A DNA stretch of 64,000 nt from NCBI GenBank assembly GCA_963736705.1, contig CAVTPV010000005.1:1391056-1455055 (forward strand). Reading direction: 5' to 3'. The DNA comes from an uncultured Actinomycetota bacterium (GTDB lineage Bacteria; Actinomycetota; Thermoleophilia; RBG-16-64-13). The position numbers were made by a program, and so were the translations under genes. The notes under the pieces were generated by a model. The model was given only the letters and a program-made list of their open reading frames with translations. It did not search any database and was not told where the DNA came from. Below are positions 1 through 10,646 of this stretch, one piece after another; position 1 is the first letter of the stretch, and each line of letters opens with the position of its first letter.

Positions 1-437
1 TGGAGTTCGACGCCGACGGGCGGGCGGTGAGCCTGGAGGAGAAGCCCCAAGCGCCCCGCTCCAACTGGGCCGTCCCCGGACTGTACTTCTATGACGCCCG
101 GGCGTCGGACATCGCCGCCGCACTGGCGCCTTCGCCCCGCGGCGAGCTGGAGATCACCGATCTGAACCGCGCGTATCTGGAATGGGGCGAGTTGACGGTG
201 CAGAAGCTCGGCCGGGGTATCGCCTGGCTCGACACCGGCACTCACGAGTCGCTGCTGCAGGCCTCCAACTTCATCCACACGCTCGAGGAGCGGCAGGGAC
301 TCAAAGTCGCCTGTCTCGAGGAGATAGCCTGGCGCAAGGGCTACATCGGCGCGGCGGAGCTGGAGAGCCTCGCCGCCACCATGGCAAAGAACAGCTACGG
401 GGCTTATCTGTACGATCTGCTCAGGCGCGAGGCCTGA
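1..437 (+). CDS. rfbA: glucose-1-phosphate thymidylyltransferase, C-terminal part (5' end lies outside the window)
   Basis: ORF 27..437 reads ...GLYFYD...[13 protein letters not shown]...[23 protein letters not shown]...[14 protein letters not shown], typical of the RmlA C-terminus. The frame is open to position 1. Confidence 0.85.
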   Translation, partial: EFDADGRAVSLEEKPQAPRSNWAVPGLYFYDARASDIAAALAPSPRGELEITDLNRAYLEWGELTVQKLGRGIAWLDTGTHESLLQASNFIHTLEERQGLKVACLEEIAWRKGYIGAAELESLAATMAKNSYGAYLYDLLRREA

Positions 438-448
438 CGGGAGGGAAG

Positions 449-904
449 ATGATCGAGGGAGTGAAGATCGAAGACCTGCGGGTGATCCCCGACGACCGTG
501 GCTACCTGATGGAGATGTTCCGCTCCGACAGCCCGGACTTCCAGAAGTTCGGCCAGGTCTATATGACGGTGGTCTATCCGGGCGTGGTGAAGGCCTGGCA
601 CTACCACAAGAAGCAGACGGACAATTTCGTGTGCGTGGCCGGCATGGCCAAGGTGGCGCTCCACGACGCGCGCGAGGGGTCGCCCACCAAGGGCGAGACC
701 ATGACCGTGGTGCTCGGCTGGCAGAGGCAGCGGCGGCTCACCATTCCGGCCGGCGTGTATCACGGCTTCACGGCGGTGGGCACCGAACCGGCCTCCATCA
801 TCAACATCCCCACGGAGCTCTACGACTACGCGGACCCCGACGAGCACCGCCGCCCCTGGGACGACCCGGAGATCGGCTACGACTGGTCGGTCACCAACGG
901 GTGA
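449..904 (+). CDS. rfbC: dTDP-4-dehydrorhamnose 3,5-epimerase-like cupin (short form)
   Basis: ATG at 449 inside ORF 182..904. Sequence MIEGVKIEDLRVIPDDRGYLMEMF...VKAWHYHKKQTDNF...IPAGVYHGF matches the RmlC-type cupin. It sits between rfbA and rfbB. Confidence 0.75.
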   Translation: MIEGVKIEDLRVIPDDRGYLMEMFRSDSPDFQKFGQVYMTVVYPGVVKAWHYHKKQTDNFVCVAGMAKVALHDAREGSPTKGETMTVVLGWQRQRRLTIPAGVYHGFTAVGTEPASIINIPTELYDYADPDEHRRPWDDPEIGYDWSVTNG

Positions 905-927
905 CATCGGTGGGAGCTGAGACGGGC

Positions 928-1904
928 GTGAAAGCGGGCATCGTCCTCGCCACCTACAACGGCGCCCAGTTCCTCCCCGAGCAGCTGCAGAGCTTCCTGA
1001 CCCAGGAGCGGCTGCCGGACGAGTTGCTGGTGAGCGACGACGCGTCTACGGACGACACCCTCGCCATCGTTGAGGGCTTCGCGCGGAAGGCGCCCTTCCC
1101 GGTGAGGGTGAGCATCAATCCGGAACGGCTGGGGTTCATCCAGAACTTCGCGAAGGCGCTGGCGCTGTCCGACGCGGATGTCATATTCATGAGCGACCAG
1201 GACGACGTCTGGTTCCCCGCTAAGTTGGCCACGATGCTGGCCGCGGTGGAAGTGCATCCGGACAAGCTGCTGTTCGTCTGCGACGCTGAACTCGTTGAGG
1301 AGGACCTCTCGCCGACGGGTCTCACCATATTCGGACAGAAGAATCCCGATGCCGGGGCGGAGCGCAGTTCCACATATGGCTGTTGCTTCGCGATGCGCCG
1401 CGAGATCCTGGACTACGTGCTCCCCATCCCCGACGGGTACGACTTCCACGACAAGTGGATGGCCCATCTGGCGAAGGACCTGGGGGTGCTGCGGGCCGTC
1501 GACGTCCCGTTGCAGCAGTACCGGCGGCACGGGTCGCAACGCTTCGTGGATCACCATGGAGAGACCGGAGGACCGGCCCGGCAAGGCCACGCAGGTGCGC
1601 GACCGGGTGGGGGTGGACGTGCGTTTCTACCTGCGCCAGAACGCGGACCAGGCCCGGCTCAGGCTGGAGCAGACTGGAGCGGTTGGCGGCGGCGAGGAAG
1701 CCTGACGGCGGCTCCCTGGCCCTGGACGTGGCCGGCCCGGCCGCGCGCGTGAGGAGTGGGCTGCGGAGGTTCGAGGCGCGCCTGGCTTTGCTCGAGAGGC
1801 CCCGCGTGTTGCGGCTGCCGGGCGTCGTCCGTATGCTGGCCCGTGGAGATTACGCGTACTTCTCCGGCGCGCGCAGCGCCGCCGTCGATCTGCTGCGCAA
1901 GTAG
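928..1904 (+). CDS. family 2 glycosyltransferase (stitched over about 2 frameshifts near 1545 and 1680)
   Basis: VKAGIVLATYNGAQFLPEQLQSF...LLVSDDASTDDT...FMSDQDDVW is a GT-A/GT2 N-terminus with DxD-type motifs. The C-terminal part continues in ORFs 1295..1705 and 1383..1904. GTG 910 is an alternative start. Confidence 0.7.
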
Positions 1905-1940
1905 TCCCCGCGACGACCAAGCCCTGAGGAGGGACAAGAC

Positions 1941-2980
1941 TTGAGGATCCTTGTGTGCGGAGGCGCCGGTTTCATCGGCTCCAACTTCATCCGCCGGCTG
2001 CTCGGCCGGGAGGGCGGGGAGCCGGTGGACATCGTCAACCTGGACAAGCTCACCTACGCCGGCAACCCGGACAACCTGCGCGAGGTGGAGGCGGACCCGC
2101 GCTACCGCTTCGTCTGCGCCGACATCTGCGACCGGGAGGCGGTCACGCGGGCGGCCGAAGGCGTGGACGCCATCGTCAACTTCGCCGCCGAGACCCACGT
2201 GGACCGCTCCATCGTGGACCCGGAGTCGTTCCTTCGCACGGACATCCTCGGCATCCACACGCTCCTGGAAGCCGTCCGCGAGCTGGGCATCGCCCGCATG
2301 GTGCAGGTGTCCACCGACGAGGTGTACGGTTCGGTCGACGAAGGCTCCTGCGCCGAGGACTACCCGCTGGCTCCCACCAGCCCCTACTCGGCCTCGAAAG
2401 CGGGCGGGGACCTGCAGGTGCTGGCCTATCACCACACCTACGGGGTGCCGGCCATGATCACCCGGGGATCGAACACCTACGGGTCGCACCAGTATCCGGA
2501 GAAGCTCATCCCGCTCTTCGTGACCAACGCCCTCGAGGGCCAGCAACTGCCCCTCTACGGGGATGGGCTGAACGTCCGCGACTGGCTCCACGTGGACGAC
2601 CACTGCGCCGGCATCGAGTTCGTCCTTCGAGAACGGCGAGCCCGGCCAGGTCTACAACGTGGGCGGCGGGAACGAGCGCACCAACCTGGAGATCACCGGC
2701 ATCATCCTCGACGAGCTGGGCCTGGGCGAAGAGGCCATCCGCCGGGTGCAGGACCGGCCCGGACACGACCGCCGCTACTCGCTGGACTGCGGGAGGCTGG
2801 CGCCGGATGGGGTGGACGCCCCAGGTGGAATTCGAGGCAGGGTTGCGGGAGACCATCCGCTGGTACCGGGACAACGACTGGTGGTGGCGCAAGATCAAGC
2901 ACCAGACTGAGGACTTCGCCGACTGGAAGAAGCGCTGGTATGAAGAGCGGGGTGCCGGGAACCCGCACGGGGGCCGGTGA
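1941..2980 (+). CDS. rfbB: dTDP-glucose 4,6-dehydratase (2 frameshifts near 2625 and 2800)
   Basis: MRILVCGGAGFIGSNF...STDEVYG...YSASKAGGD...DGLNVRDWLHVDDHC, then GQVYNVGGGNERTNLEI and WYRDNDWWWR in the other frames. TTG start. Confidence 0.9.
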
Positions 2981-3705
2981 CCGCCATGTCCGTCATCAAG
3001 GCGATGCTCAGGCCGCTCGTCCACGTGGTCAAGGTGTGGGGGCTCTCGGCGAAGTTGAGGCGCGGCGCGGCCAGGAGCGCGACCACCCGGGAGCTGGTGG
3101 CGCTGGCTATGCACGCTGAGTTCCTGGGATTCTCAGTGGCGCCCATGCAGATGGAGGACGAGCTCCTGCGTTTCATGGAACTCGTTCGGGAGCGCGCCCC
3201 TAAGCGCGTGCTCGAGATCGGGACGGCCAGGGGAGGGTCTCTCTTCCTTCTTTGCCAGGTGTGCCCCGATGACGCCCTGCTCATCAGCGCCGACCTGCCC
3301 GAGGGGGAGTTCGGCGGCGGCTATCCGCGGTGGAAGGTGCCTCTCTACCGGCGGTTCGCCAAGGGGCGGCAGGGGCTGCGGCTCATCCGGGGCGATTCGC
3401 ACGCGCCCGATACCCTCGAGAAGGTGAAGGCGGCGCTGGGCGGGGAGCCATTGGACCTGCTGTTCATCGACGGCGACCACTCCTATGCCGGGGTGAGCAG
3501 GGATCTCGCCGACTACGGCCCCCTGGTGAGAGATGGCGGGATCGTCGCGATGCACGACGTCGTACCCGGGCCTGAAGAGAACGTGGGGGGCACTCCGGAG
3601 TTCTGGAACGAGATAGCAGGCCGGTTCGGCGGGTACATCATCAAGAGCGCCGAGTCGCAGGGCTGCTACGGCATCGGGGTCATCCCCGAATGGAAGCGGA
3701 GGTAG
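2977..3705 (+). CDS. class I SAM-dependent methyltransferase
   Basis: Intact ORF. VLEIGTARGGS (motif I) ... LLFIDGDHSYAGVSRDL...GGIVAMHDV. GTGA overlap with the rfbB stop suggests the same operon. Confidence 0.65.
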   Translation: MTAMSVIKAMLRPLVHVVKVWGLSAKLRRGAARSATTRELVALAMHAEFLGFSVAPMQMEDELLRFMELVRERAPKRVLEIGTARGGSLFLLCQVCPDDALLISADLPEGEFGGGYPRWKVPLYRRFAKGRQGLRLIRGDSHAPDTLEKVKAALGGEPLDLLFIDGDHSYAGVSRDLADYGPLVRDGGIVAMHDVVPGPEENVGGTPEFWNEIAGRFGGYIIKSAESQGCYGIGVIPEWKRR

Positions 3706-3733
3706 CTACTTTCCTCGGGTATAGCTGCTGTTA

Positions 3734-3763
3734 TTGCAGCCGATTCGGGCGTGGTGCTATAAT
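3734..3763 (+). promoter_or_regulatory. sigma-70-like promoter (TTGCAG - 18 nt - TATAAT) upstream of rimP-nusA-infB
   Basis: TTGCAG at 3734-3739 and TATAAT at 3758-3763, in a locally AT-richer intergenic stretch. Confidence 0.45.
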
Positions 3764-3798
3764 CACAAAGCTAATTAACAAGCCAAGCTGTTTACGCG

Positions 3799-3830
3799 AA
3801 AGTGGGTGCAGACGGGCCCACTTTTGTTTT
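3799..3830 (+). terminator. intrinsic-terminator-like hairpin in the rimP-nusA leader (candidate attenuator)
   Basis: AAAGTGGG (3799-3806) pairs with CCCACTTT (3817-3824) around a 10-nt loop, followed by TGTTTT. It lies between the promoter and the likely rimP start. Confidence 0.45.
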
Positions 3831-4297
3831 CCCGTAAGGATGGCGTGGTGGCACTGACGGAAGAGTGGTTCCAGCGGGTCATCGAGCAGGACGTCGAGGA
3901 CGTCGAGTTGGTCCTGCTGGAAGAGGCGGGTAACAGGAGACAGAAGATCCTGCGCCTCTACATCGACCATCCGGGCGGTGTGACTCACGACTTGTGCGCG
4001 AGGGTCTCGACGGCGGTGGGCCAGGCCCTGGACGAGGTAGACGCGTTCGAGGGGGCGTACACCCTGGAGGTGAGTTCCCCGGGGCTGGAGAGGCCGCTGC
4101 GGAAGCGCAGCCACTTCGAGGCGCAGATCGGCAAGAAGGTCTACGTGAAGACCATGGCGCCGGTCGAGGGTAGCAAGGTATGGCAGGGCGTCCTGCTTGA
4201 AGTTACCGAGGACTCGGTAGTTATAGAAGAAGCGGGGCGCGTGGCCCGGATCCCGCTGGAAGAGATCACGAGCGCCCATTTGATATTCGAGTTCTAG
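3806..4297 (+). CDS. rimP: ribosome maturation factor RimP
   Basis: LYIDHPGGVTHDLCARVS...YTLEVSSPGLERPL... is typical RimP. The annotated GTG 3806 lies inside the leader hairpin. GTG 3845/3848, preceded by AAGGA, is the more likely start. Confidence 0.85.
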   Translation: MQTGPLLFSRKDGVVALTEEWFQRVIEQDVEDVELVLLEEAGNRRQKILRLYIDHPGGVTHDLCARVSTAVGQALDEVDAFEGAYTLEVSSPGLERPLRKRSHFEAQIGKKVYVKTMAPVEGSKVWQGVLLEVTEDSVVIEEAGRVARIPLEEITSAHLIFEF

Positions 4298-4311
4298 ACA
4301 GGGGGAAGGGA

Positions 4312-5484
4312 ATGAACAAGGAGACGATCGAAGCGCTCCGCCAGATCGAGAAAGAGAAGAGCATTCCTTTCGACACCCTCATCGAGGCTCTCGAGGACGC
4401 TCTGCATTCCGCCTACCAGAAGACTCCGCACGCCGTGCCGTTCTCCGAGGTCAAGATCGATCGGGCCGACGGCCAGATCCACGTCTTCGAGCTGATCTTC
4501 CCAGAAGGCCACGAGCCCGTGGTGCAGGACGAAGAGGCGGAGGAGATCGACACCTCCATGGCGGAGCGCGTGGAGATCACTCCCGAGGACTTCGGCCGCA
4601 TCGCGGCGCAGACGGCCAAGCAGGTCATCTACCAGCGTATCCGCGAAGCCGAGCAAGGCATCGTGTTCAAGGAATACTCGCGACGCATCGGCGAGATAGT
4701 CACCGGCATCGTGCAGCAGTCCGACAGCCGTTACACGCTGGTGGACCTCGGCAAGGTGGAAGCCCGCCTGCCCAAGAGCGAGCAGGTGCCCACCGAGCGC
4801 TACGAGCACGGCATGCGCCTGAAGGCCGTCATCAAAGAGGTCTCGCAGAACCCCAAGGAGCCGCCGATCATCCTTTCGCGGCGCAGCGAAGAGCTGGTCC
4901 GCCGGCTGTTCGAACTGGAAGTGCCGGAGATCTCCGACGGCTTGGTGGAGATCGTGGGCGTCGCCCGCGAGCCTGGCTATCGCTCGAAGATCTCGGTGAT
5001 ATCGCACAGCGACGGCGTGGACCCGGTCGGCGCCTGCGTGGGCCCGCGTGGGTCCCGAGTGCGCATGGTGGTGTCGGAACTCCGCGGCGAGAAGATCGAC
5101 ATCATCCCGTTCGATGAGGAGCCCGCCCGGTTCGTGGCCAAGTCCTTGTCGCCGGCCCGCGTCCGGGAGGTCATCCTCGACGACGAGCACTACGAAGCCA
5201 CCGTGGTGGTCCCCGACGATCAGCGCTCGCTGGCCATCGGCAAGGACGGACAGAACGCGCGCTTGGCCAACAGGCTGACTGGCTGGAAGATCGACATCAG
5301 GTCCGAGACCGAGATGAGCGAAGACGACACTGTGTACGAGCCCACTCAGGTCGAGACGAAGGTGGCCGACGGCCGCTGCCACGCACTCACGTCGGGTGGC
5401 AAACGCTGCCCCAACGCGGCTCTGTCGGGAAGTCTATACTGCGGAATACCGCAACATCAGGCTCTTGGCGGCGGCCAGTCCTGA
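4312..5484 (+). CDS. nusA: transcription termination/antitermination factor NusA
   Basis: Intact 390-aa ORF with N-terminal domain, S1 and two KH domains (IVTGIVQQSD..., GACVGPRGSRV..., AIGKDGQNARLA). GGGGAAGGG precedes the ATG. Unusual Cys/His-containing C-terminal tail. Confidence 0.95.
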   Translation: MNKETIEALRQIEKEKSIPFDTLIEALEDALHSAYQKTPHAVPFSEVKIDRADGQIHVFELIFPEGHEPVVQDEEAEEIDTSMAERVEITPEDFGRIAAQTAKQVIYQRIREAEQGIVFKEYSRRIGEIVTGIVQQSDSRYTLVDLGKVEARLPKSEQVPTERYEHGMRLKAVIKEVSQNPKEPPIILSRRSEELVRRLFELEVPEISDGLVEIVGVAREPGYRSKISVISHSDGVDPVGACVGPRGSRVRMVVSELRGEKIDIIPFDEEPARFVAKSLSPARVREVILDDEHYEATVVVPDDQRSLAIGKDGQNARLANRLTGWKIDIRSETEMSEDDTVYEPTQVETKVADGRCHALTSGGKRCPNAALSGSLYCGIPQHQALGGGQS

Positions 5485-5755
5485 GAGGCAGTGCATCGGC
5501 TGCGGCCTGAGAAGTCCACAGGCCGGGCTGGTGCGCCTGTGCGTGGAAGAGCGTGCGGGCGGTGATGGCGGCGTGGTCAAGGTCGTCGTGGCCGGTCGAG
5601 GACTGCGAGGCCGAGGGGCGTATCTATGCAGGAAACAGGCCTGCCTGGATAGGGCCCTTCACCGGAGGGCGTTCCAAAGAGCGTTCCGGGCCACAGTCGT
5701 TGTGGATGAAGAGGATATACGTGACGCATTGCGATCCGCCGTGGCGGCGGAGTGA
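5396..5755 (+). CDS. ylxR: YlxR/DUF448 family RNA-binding protein
   Basis: [18 protein letters not shown]...GRGAYLC...CLDRA...AFQRAFR is the YlxR signature, and the nusA-ylxR-infB position is conserved. TTG 5465 is probably the real start. Confidence 0.7.
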   Translation: MANAAPTRLCREVYTAEYRNIRLLAAASPERQCIGCGLRSPQAGLVRLCVEERAGGDGGVVKVVVAGRGLRGRGAYLCRKQACLDRALHRRAFQRAFRATVVVDEEDIRDALRSAVAAE

Positions 5756-5776
5756 AAGAAAGAGGACGGGTGACAA

Positions 5777-8700
5777 GTGGGGAAACGAAGGGTATACGAG
5801 GTCGCTAGAGATAGAGGGATGACCAACCAGGAAGTGCTGGACGTGCTTCACGCAGCCGGACTGGATATCAAGAGCGTCTCCTCTACTGTCGACGACTCGG
5901 ATCTGATGCGGGCGTTCGCCCCCAAGATCAACCCTAACCGCAAGGCCGCAGCGGCCCCTTTGCCGCCGAACGCCACGGTGAGGCCCCCGGAACCCCCGCC
6001 GGCGCCCGCCGCACCTGCGCCTCCTGTCGCGCCCCCCGCTCAGGTGGCCCCAACGGCCCCGGCCGCTGCTCCTGCCCCCAGTGCAAGTACCCCTGCGCCC
6101 AAGGCCGTCAAGGGCTCTGCGGAGGAGAAGAGCGTTGCGCCGGCCAAGGCCGCGGCGCAGGTTATCGCTCCGGCACCCGTAGAGGCCAAGGCGCCTCCCG
6201 CGCCGCCCAAGGCTCCGGCCGCGGAAGCCGCGCCCAAGGCCAAACCAGCGCCGGAAGCGGCGAAGGCCGCAGCGAAGGTCGAAGAACCCGCCACGGCGGC
6301 CGCCGAGAAGGCGCCTGCCGCGAAGCCCGCGCCGGCCGAGACCGTCAAGGCCGCTGAGCCGGTCGATGTGGCTGAAGCCGCCCCTGCGGCCCCGGTCGCT
6401 CCGGCGGCTGCGCAGCCCGAAGTGGTGGCGGCGGTAGAGCCCGCGCTCGCGGCCAAGTCCGACGCTCCGCACACCGAGAACGCGCGTGCTGAGGCGCCCC
6501 AAGCCGACGAAGGCGCCAGGCCGGCCGCTCCCGCGCCGCCGCGAAGCGCGAAACCTCCGGCACGTCCGGGGCCGCGTGGCCCTCGTCCTCGTTTGGAAGA
6601 TATGCCCACGGTGGTCGGCGCCGGCGTCCCGCTCCGCAAGGGCGCGAAGCCGTCCGGAAACGTGGTGACGAAAGAAGAACTTGCGCGCATCCAGGCCGAG
6701 AAGGAAGCTCGGGCCGAGGCGGCCCGCAAAGCGGCCGCTGCCGCCGCCGCGGCTCCCAAGCCCGCGCAGCCCGAAGGGTCCGCCCCTCGCCCGGCTGCGC
6801 CGGCCGCCGGCGCAGGTGGCGCGCCCGGACGGCCCATGCACCGCGCCCCGGCTCCTCCGCGTGAAGGCGCCGACAGAGGGAGAGAGCGTCCCGGGTTCAG
6901 GCCCGCCGCCCCGGCTGCTCCTGGCTGGACCGAGGGAGGCGCGCCCGCTCCGGCGGCGGCTGCCCCTGCGCGTACCGGCGCGGCTCCGTCGCGGGTCCGG
7001 CGTGGTGACGACAAACCGGCCCGCCGCCGGGTGATCATCGATTCGCAGGCCGGCCGCAAGGGCGGCCGCGGTGGAACGCGCGGCGGCCCGCACGGCATGT
7101 CCGACGCCGACCGTCCGGCGCTCAAGAAGAAGATCGCTCCCGGCGTCGAGTCGCCGGTCAAGATCAAGAGCGGCGCCAGCGTCAAGGAGCTCGGCGAAGC
7201 GCTCGAGATCGGCGCGGGCGAACTCATCAAGACTCTTATGAAACTGGGCGAGATGGTCACCATCACCCAGTCGCTGGCCGACGACGTCATCACCATCCTG
7301 GCCGAGGAGTTCGAGCGCCAGGTGGAGATCCAGCACGCTGAGGAGGAGAAGGAGGGGCTCGACCAGTTCGTCGACGATCCCGCCGATCTCACGCCCGCGG
7401 GCGCCCGTGGTCACCATCATGGGCCACGTCGACCACGGCAAGACCTCCCTCCTGGACGCCATCCGGGAGACCGAGGTGGTCAAGTCCGAGGCCGGCGGCA
7501 TCACCCAGCACATCGGCGCCTACCAGGTCACGCACAACGAGAAGCGGGTCACCTTCCTCGACACCCCGGGCCACGAGGCGTTCACCGCCATGCGGGCCCG
7601 CGGCGCGCAGGTCGACCGACATCGCGGTCATCGTGGTGGCGGCCAACGACGGGGTCATGCCCCAGACGCTGGAAGCCATCAGCCACGCGAAGGCGGCCGA
7701 AGTGCCCATCCTGGTGGCCATCAACAAGATGGACCTCCCCGACGCCAACTCCGACCACGTCAAGCAGCAGCTCTCCAATGAGGGCCTCATCCCCGAAGCG
7801 TGGGGCGGCGAGACGGTCATGGTGGAAGTCTCCGCCAAGAAGAAGATGAACCTCGAAGAGCTCATGGACATGATCCTGCTGGTGGCCGAGGTCCAGGACC
7901 TCAAGGCCAACGCCAAGGCCCCTGGCTCCGGCGTGGTCATCGAGGCTCAGCTGGACGTGGGTCGCGGCCCTGTGGCCACCGTCCTGGTCCAGCGCGGCAC
8001 CCTGCGCGTGGGCGACGCCATCGTGCAGCGGCGAGGCGTACGGCAAGGTCAAGGCCATGTTCGACTTCACCGGCGTGGCGCTCACCAAGGCTACGCCGTC
8101 GGTGCCCGCACAGGTGCTCGGCTTCAACACCCTGCCGGTGGCGGGCGACTTCGTGATGGTGGTGGACGACGAGCGCGAGGCCCGGCAGAAGGCCGAGCAG
8201 CGCACCACCCGCCTCCGCGCGGAGCAGCTGGCCAAGAGCCGCGGCGGCAGCAGCCTCGACGAGTTCTACCGCCGCCTCAAGGAAGGCCGGGTCAAGGAAC
8301 TGCCCATCGTCATCAAGGGCGATGTGGGCGGCTCCGTGGAGGCCCTGGAGGAATCACTGCGCAACATCACGCATCCCGAGGTCAAGGTCGAGGTCATCTT
8401 CGCCGGTGTCGGCGGCATCAACGAGTCCGACATCATGCTGGCTTCGGCTTCCAAGGCTGTGGTCATCGGCTTCAACGTCCGTCCGTCGGTGGCGGCCAAG
8501 GCATTGGCCGAGCAGGAAGGCGTCGACGTGCGCACCTACCGGGTCATCTACAAGGCCATCGAGGACGTGGAAGCGGCGTTGGTGGGCATGCTGGAGCCCG
8601 AGAAGGTGGAGGAGGAGCTCGGCACCGCCGAGATCCGCACGGTGTTCCGCGCGTCCCGTATCGGTACCATCGCGGGCTGCTACGTGCTCACCGGCAAGAT

Positions 8701-8906
8701 CGTCCGGTCGGCCAAGATCCGCCTGGTCCGCAACGGCGCCATCATCCACGAGGGCACCATCGGCTCGCTCAAGCGGTTCGCCGACGACCAGCGCGAAGTG
8801 GCTGGCCGGCTATGAATGCGGTCTGCACGTGGATGGGTACGACGATATCCACGAAGGCGACATCGTAGAGGCGTACGAGATCAAGGAAGTGGCCCGTACC
8901 CAGTAG
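5777..8906 (+). CDS. infB: translation initiation factor IF-2 (at least 4 frameshifts near 7400, 7615, 8030, 8800)
   Basis: GTG start, [22 protein letters not shown] long Ala/Pro-rich linker follows, then the G domain [16 protein letters not shown]...DTPGHEAF...NKMD and the C-terminal domains. Spread over ORFs 5777, 7407, 7633, 8057, 8322. Confidence 0.95.
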
Positions 8907-8916
8907 GAGCGAGAAG

Positions 8917-9181
8917 GGCTACGTCGGGATCCTCTCGGCCGAACTGCACTTTCCCGGAGAGCGGCTCCCTCAAGAGCAAGCGGATGCACCTGCGAAGAGT
9001 CCGCGATCAGGTGACCGGGCGGTTCGGGGCGTCGTTCGCGGAGGTGGGCTACCAGGATCTGTGGCAGCGGTCGCGAGTGGTCGTCGCTGTGGCAGCGTCG
9101 GACCTGCAGGTGCTGGATGAGACTCTGGAGAAGGTCAAGACGTATCTGGATTCCCAGGAATGGATCATTGACCTTCAGTGA
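8917..9181 (+). CDS. DUF503 (YlxP-like) protein (1 frameshift, start unclear)
   Basis: GYVGILSAELHFPG in one frame continues as SGSLKSKRMHLRRVRDQV...AEVGYQDLWQR...VAVAASD in ORF 8816..9181. The position between infB and rbfA is conserved. Confidence 0.6.
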
Positions 9182-9201
9182 TATCGAGGTGGTGGACGTT
9201 G

Positions 9202-9647
9202 ATGCGTGACGTGGATTCATATCGCATGCGCCGGGTGAACGAGGCGATCAAGGAGATCATCGGGAACGCCATCACCCAGGATCTGAAGGACCCGCGGATA
9301 GGCTTCGTCACCCTCACGGGCGTGGAGACGGCTCAGGACCTGGCGCACGCCAAGGTGTTCGTGACGGTGTACGGCAAGCAGGTGGAGAAGGAGGCCACGC
9401 TGGAGGCGCTCCGGCACTCCCGCCCGTACCTGCAGCGACTCATCGCCGACGAGCTCGACCTGAGGCGGACGCCCAACCTGGAATTCGTCTACGACGAGAG
9501 CGTGGACCAGGGGATGCGCATCCAGGCTCTGCTCAAGTCCAGCGGCGCGGCCGATCTGCCGCCGCCGAGGATGACGCGACGACGCCGAGGCCGAGCGAGG
9601 TCGCCGCAGGGACGAGTGAACGCGCGCCATGGCCGGACGGAGGGTGA
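9202..9647 (+). CDS. rbfA: ribosome-binding factor A (3' end uncertain)
   Basis: MRRVNEAIKEIIGNAI...DPRIGFVTLTGVE...DLAHAKVFVTV...LRRTPNLEFVYDES. The ORF runs on to 9801 over the nrnA start, so an indel near 9560 is likely. Confidence 0.8.
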
Positions 9648-10617
9648 CGCCTGCCGAGGTGGCGGAACGTCTTCGGGGCGAGAAGCATGTGGTGGTCGTA
9701 TCTCACGAGGGGCCCGATGGCGACGCGCTCGGCTGCCTGACCGCGTTCTCTCTGATGTGCGAACGGCTGGGCGTCCCGTACGTGGCCTATATCCCGGGTG
9801 AGGCTCCCTTCCCGGCCGAATACCAGTTCCTGCCCCGGCTGCATGACGTGTGCAGGGGCATCCCTCCGGAGGTCGGGCCGGAGACCACGGTCTACATGCT
9901 CGACTGCGCGTCGCTGGCCCGGGGGGCGGCCCATCTGTTCGGTGAGGGCGTGACGCTGGTCACCATCGACCACCATCAGGACAACCCGGGGAACGCGGAC
10001 CTGAACCTCATCGATCCGGCCGCCGCTTCGACCACGGCCATCCTGTATGACATCTTCAAGGCGGGGCACTTTCCCATCGACGTGCAGGTGGCCGCCTCCT
10101 TGTACGTGGGCCTGGTCACCGACACCGGCCGGTTCCAGTTCTCCAACACCGACCCGCGGGCGCATCGCATGGCCGCTGAGCTGCAGGAATTGGGCGTTGA
10201 CGTGGCCGCCATCTCCCGGGAGGTGTACGAGAGCGTGCCCACCGGCAAGCTGCGCCTGCTGGGCACGGGCGCTGGAGCATATGGAGATCAAACATGGACG
10301 GCGTTCTCGTGACCTCCTGGCTGCGCGAGCAGGACTTCGCGGACGCCGGCGCCGACAGCAGCCATGCTGAAGGCATCATCGATACGCTGCGCACCGTGCA
10401 GGGAGCCACCGTGGCGGTGCTGGCCCGGGAGCGGATCAAGGATGGGGCGCCGAGACCAAGGTGAGCCTCCGCTCCACCGACGGTAAGGTGGACGTCGCGG
10501 CGGTCGCCGCGCTCAAGGGAGGAGGCGGTCACAAACAGGCCGCCGGTTTCACCGCTGCCGGAGGCGATATTCGAGGTGCTGCAGTGGACGGAGCAGCAGC
10601 TAGAACGAGCGCTGTGA
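9629..10617 (+). CDS. nrnA: DHH/DHHA1 phosphoesterase, NrnA-like oligoribonuclease/pAp phosphatase (about 4 frameshifts)
   Basis: VVVSHEGPDGDALGC...TIDHHQDN...GLVTDTGRFQFSNT, then GGGHKQAAGF (DHHA1) in ORF 10461. The stitched end ...LQWTEQQLERAL gives stop TGA at 10615-10617. Confidence 0.8.
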
Positions 10618-10646
10618 CCGCTCCCGCTCCCGCTGCCCCGGAAAGG

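Noticed and set aside
5624-7513. 629-aa and 450-aa ORFs on the minus strand opposite infB
   Set aside because: They are Arg/Gly/Pro-rich shadow ORFs antisense to the Ala/Pro-rich IF-2 linker. They show no domain-like sequence, and infB on the plus strand explains the region.
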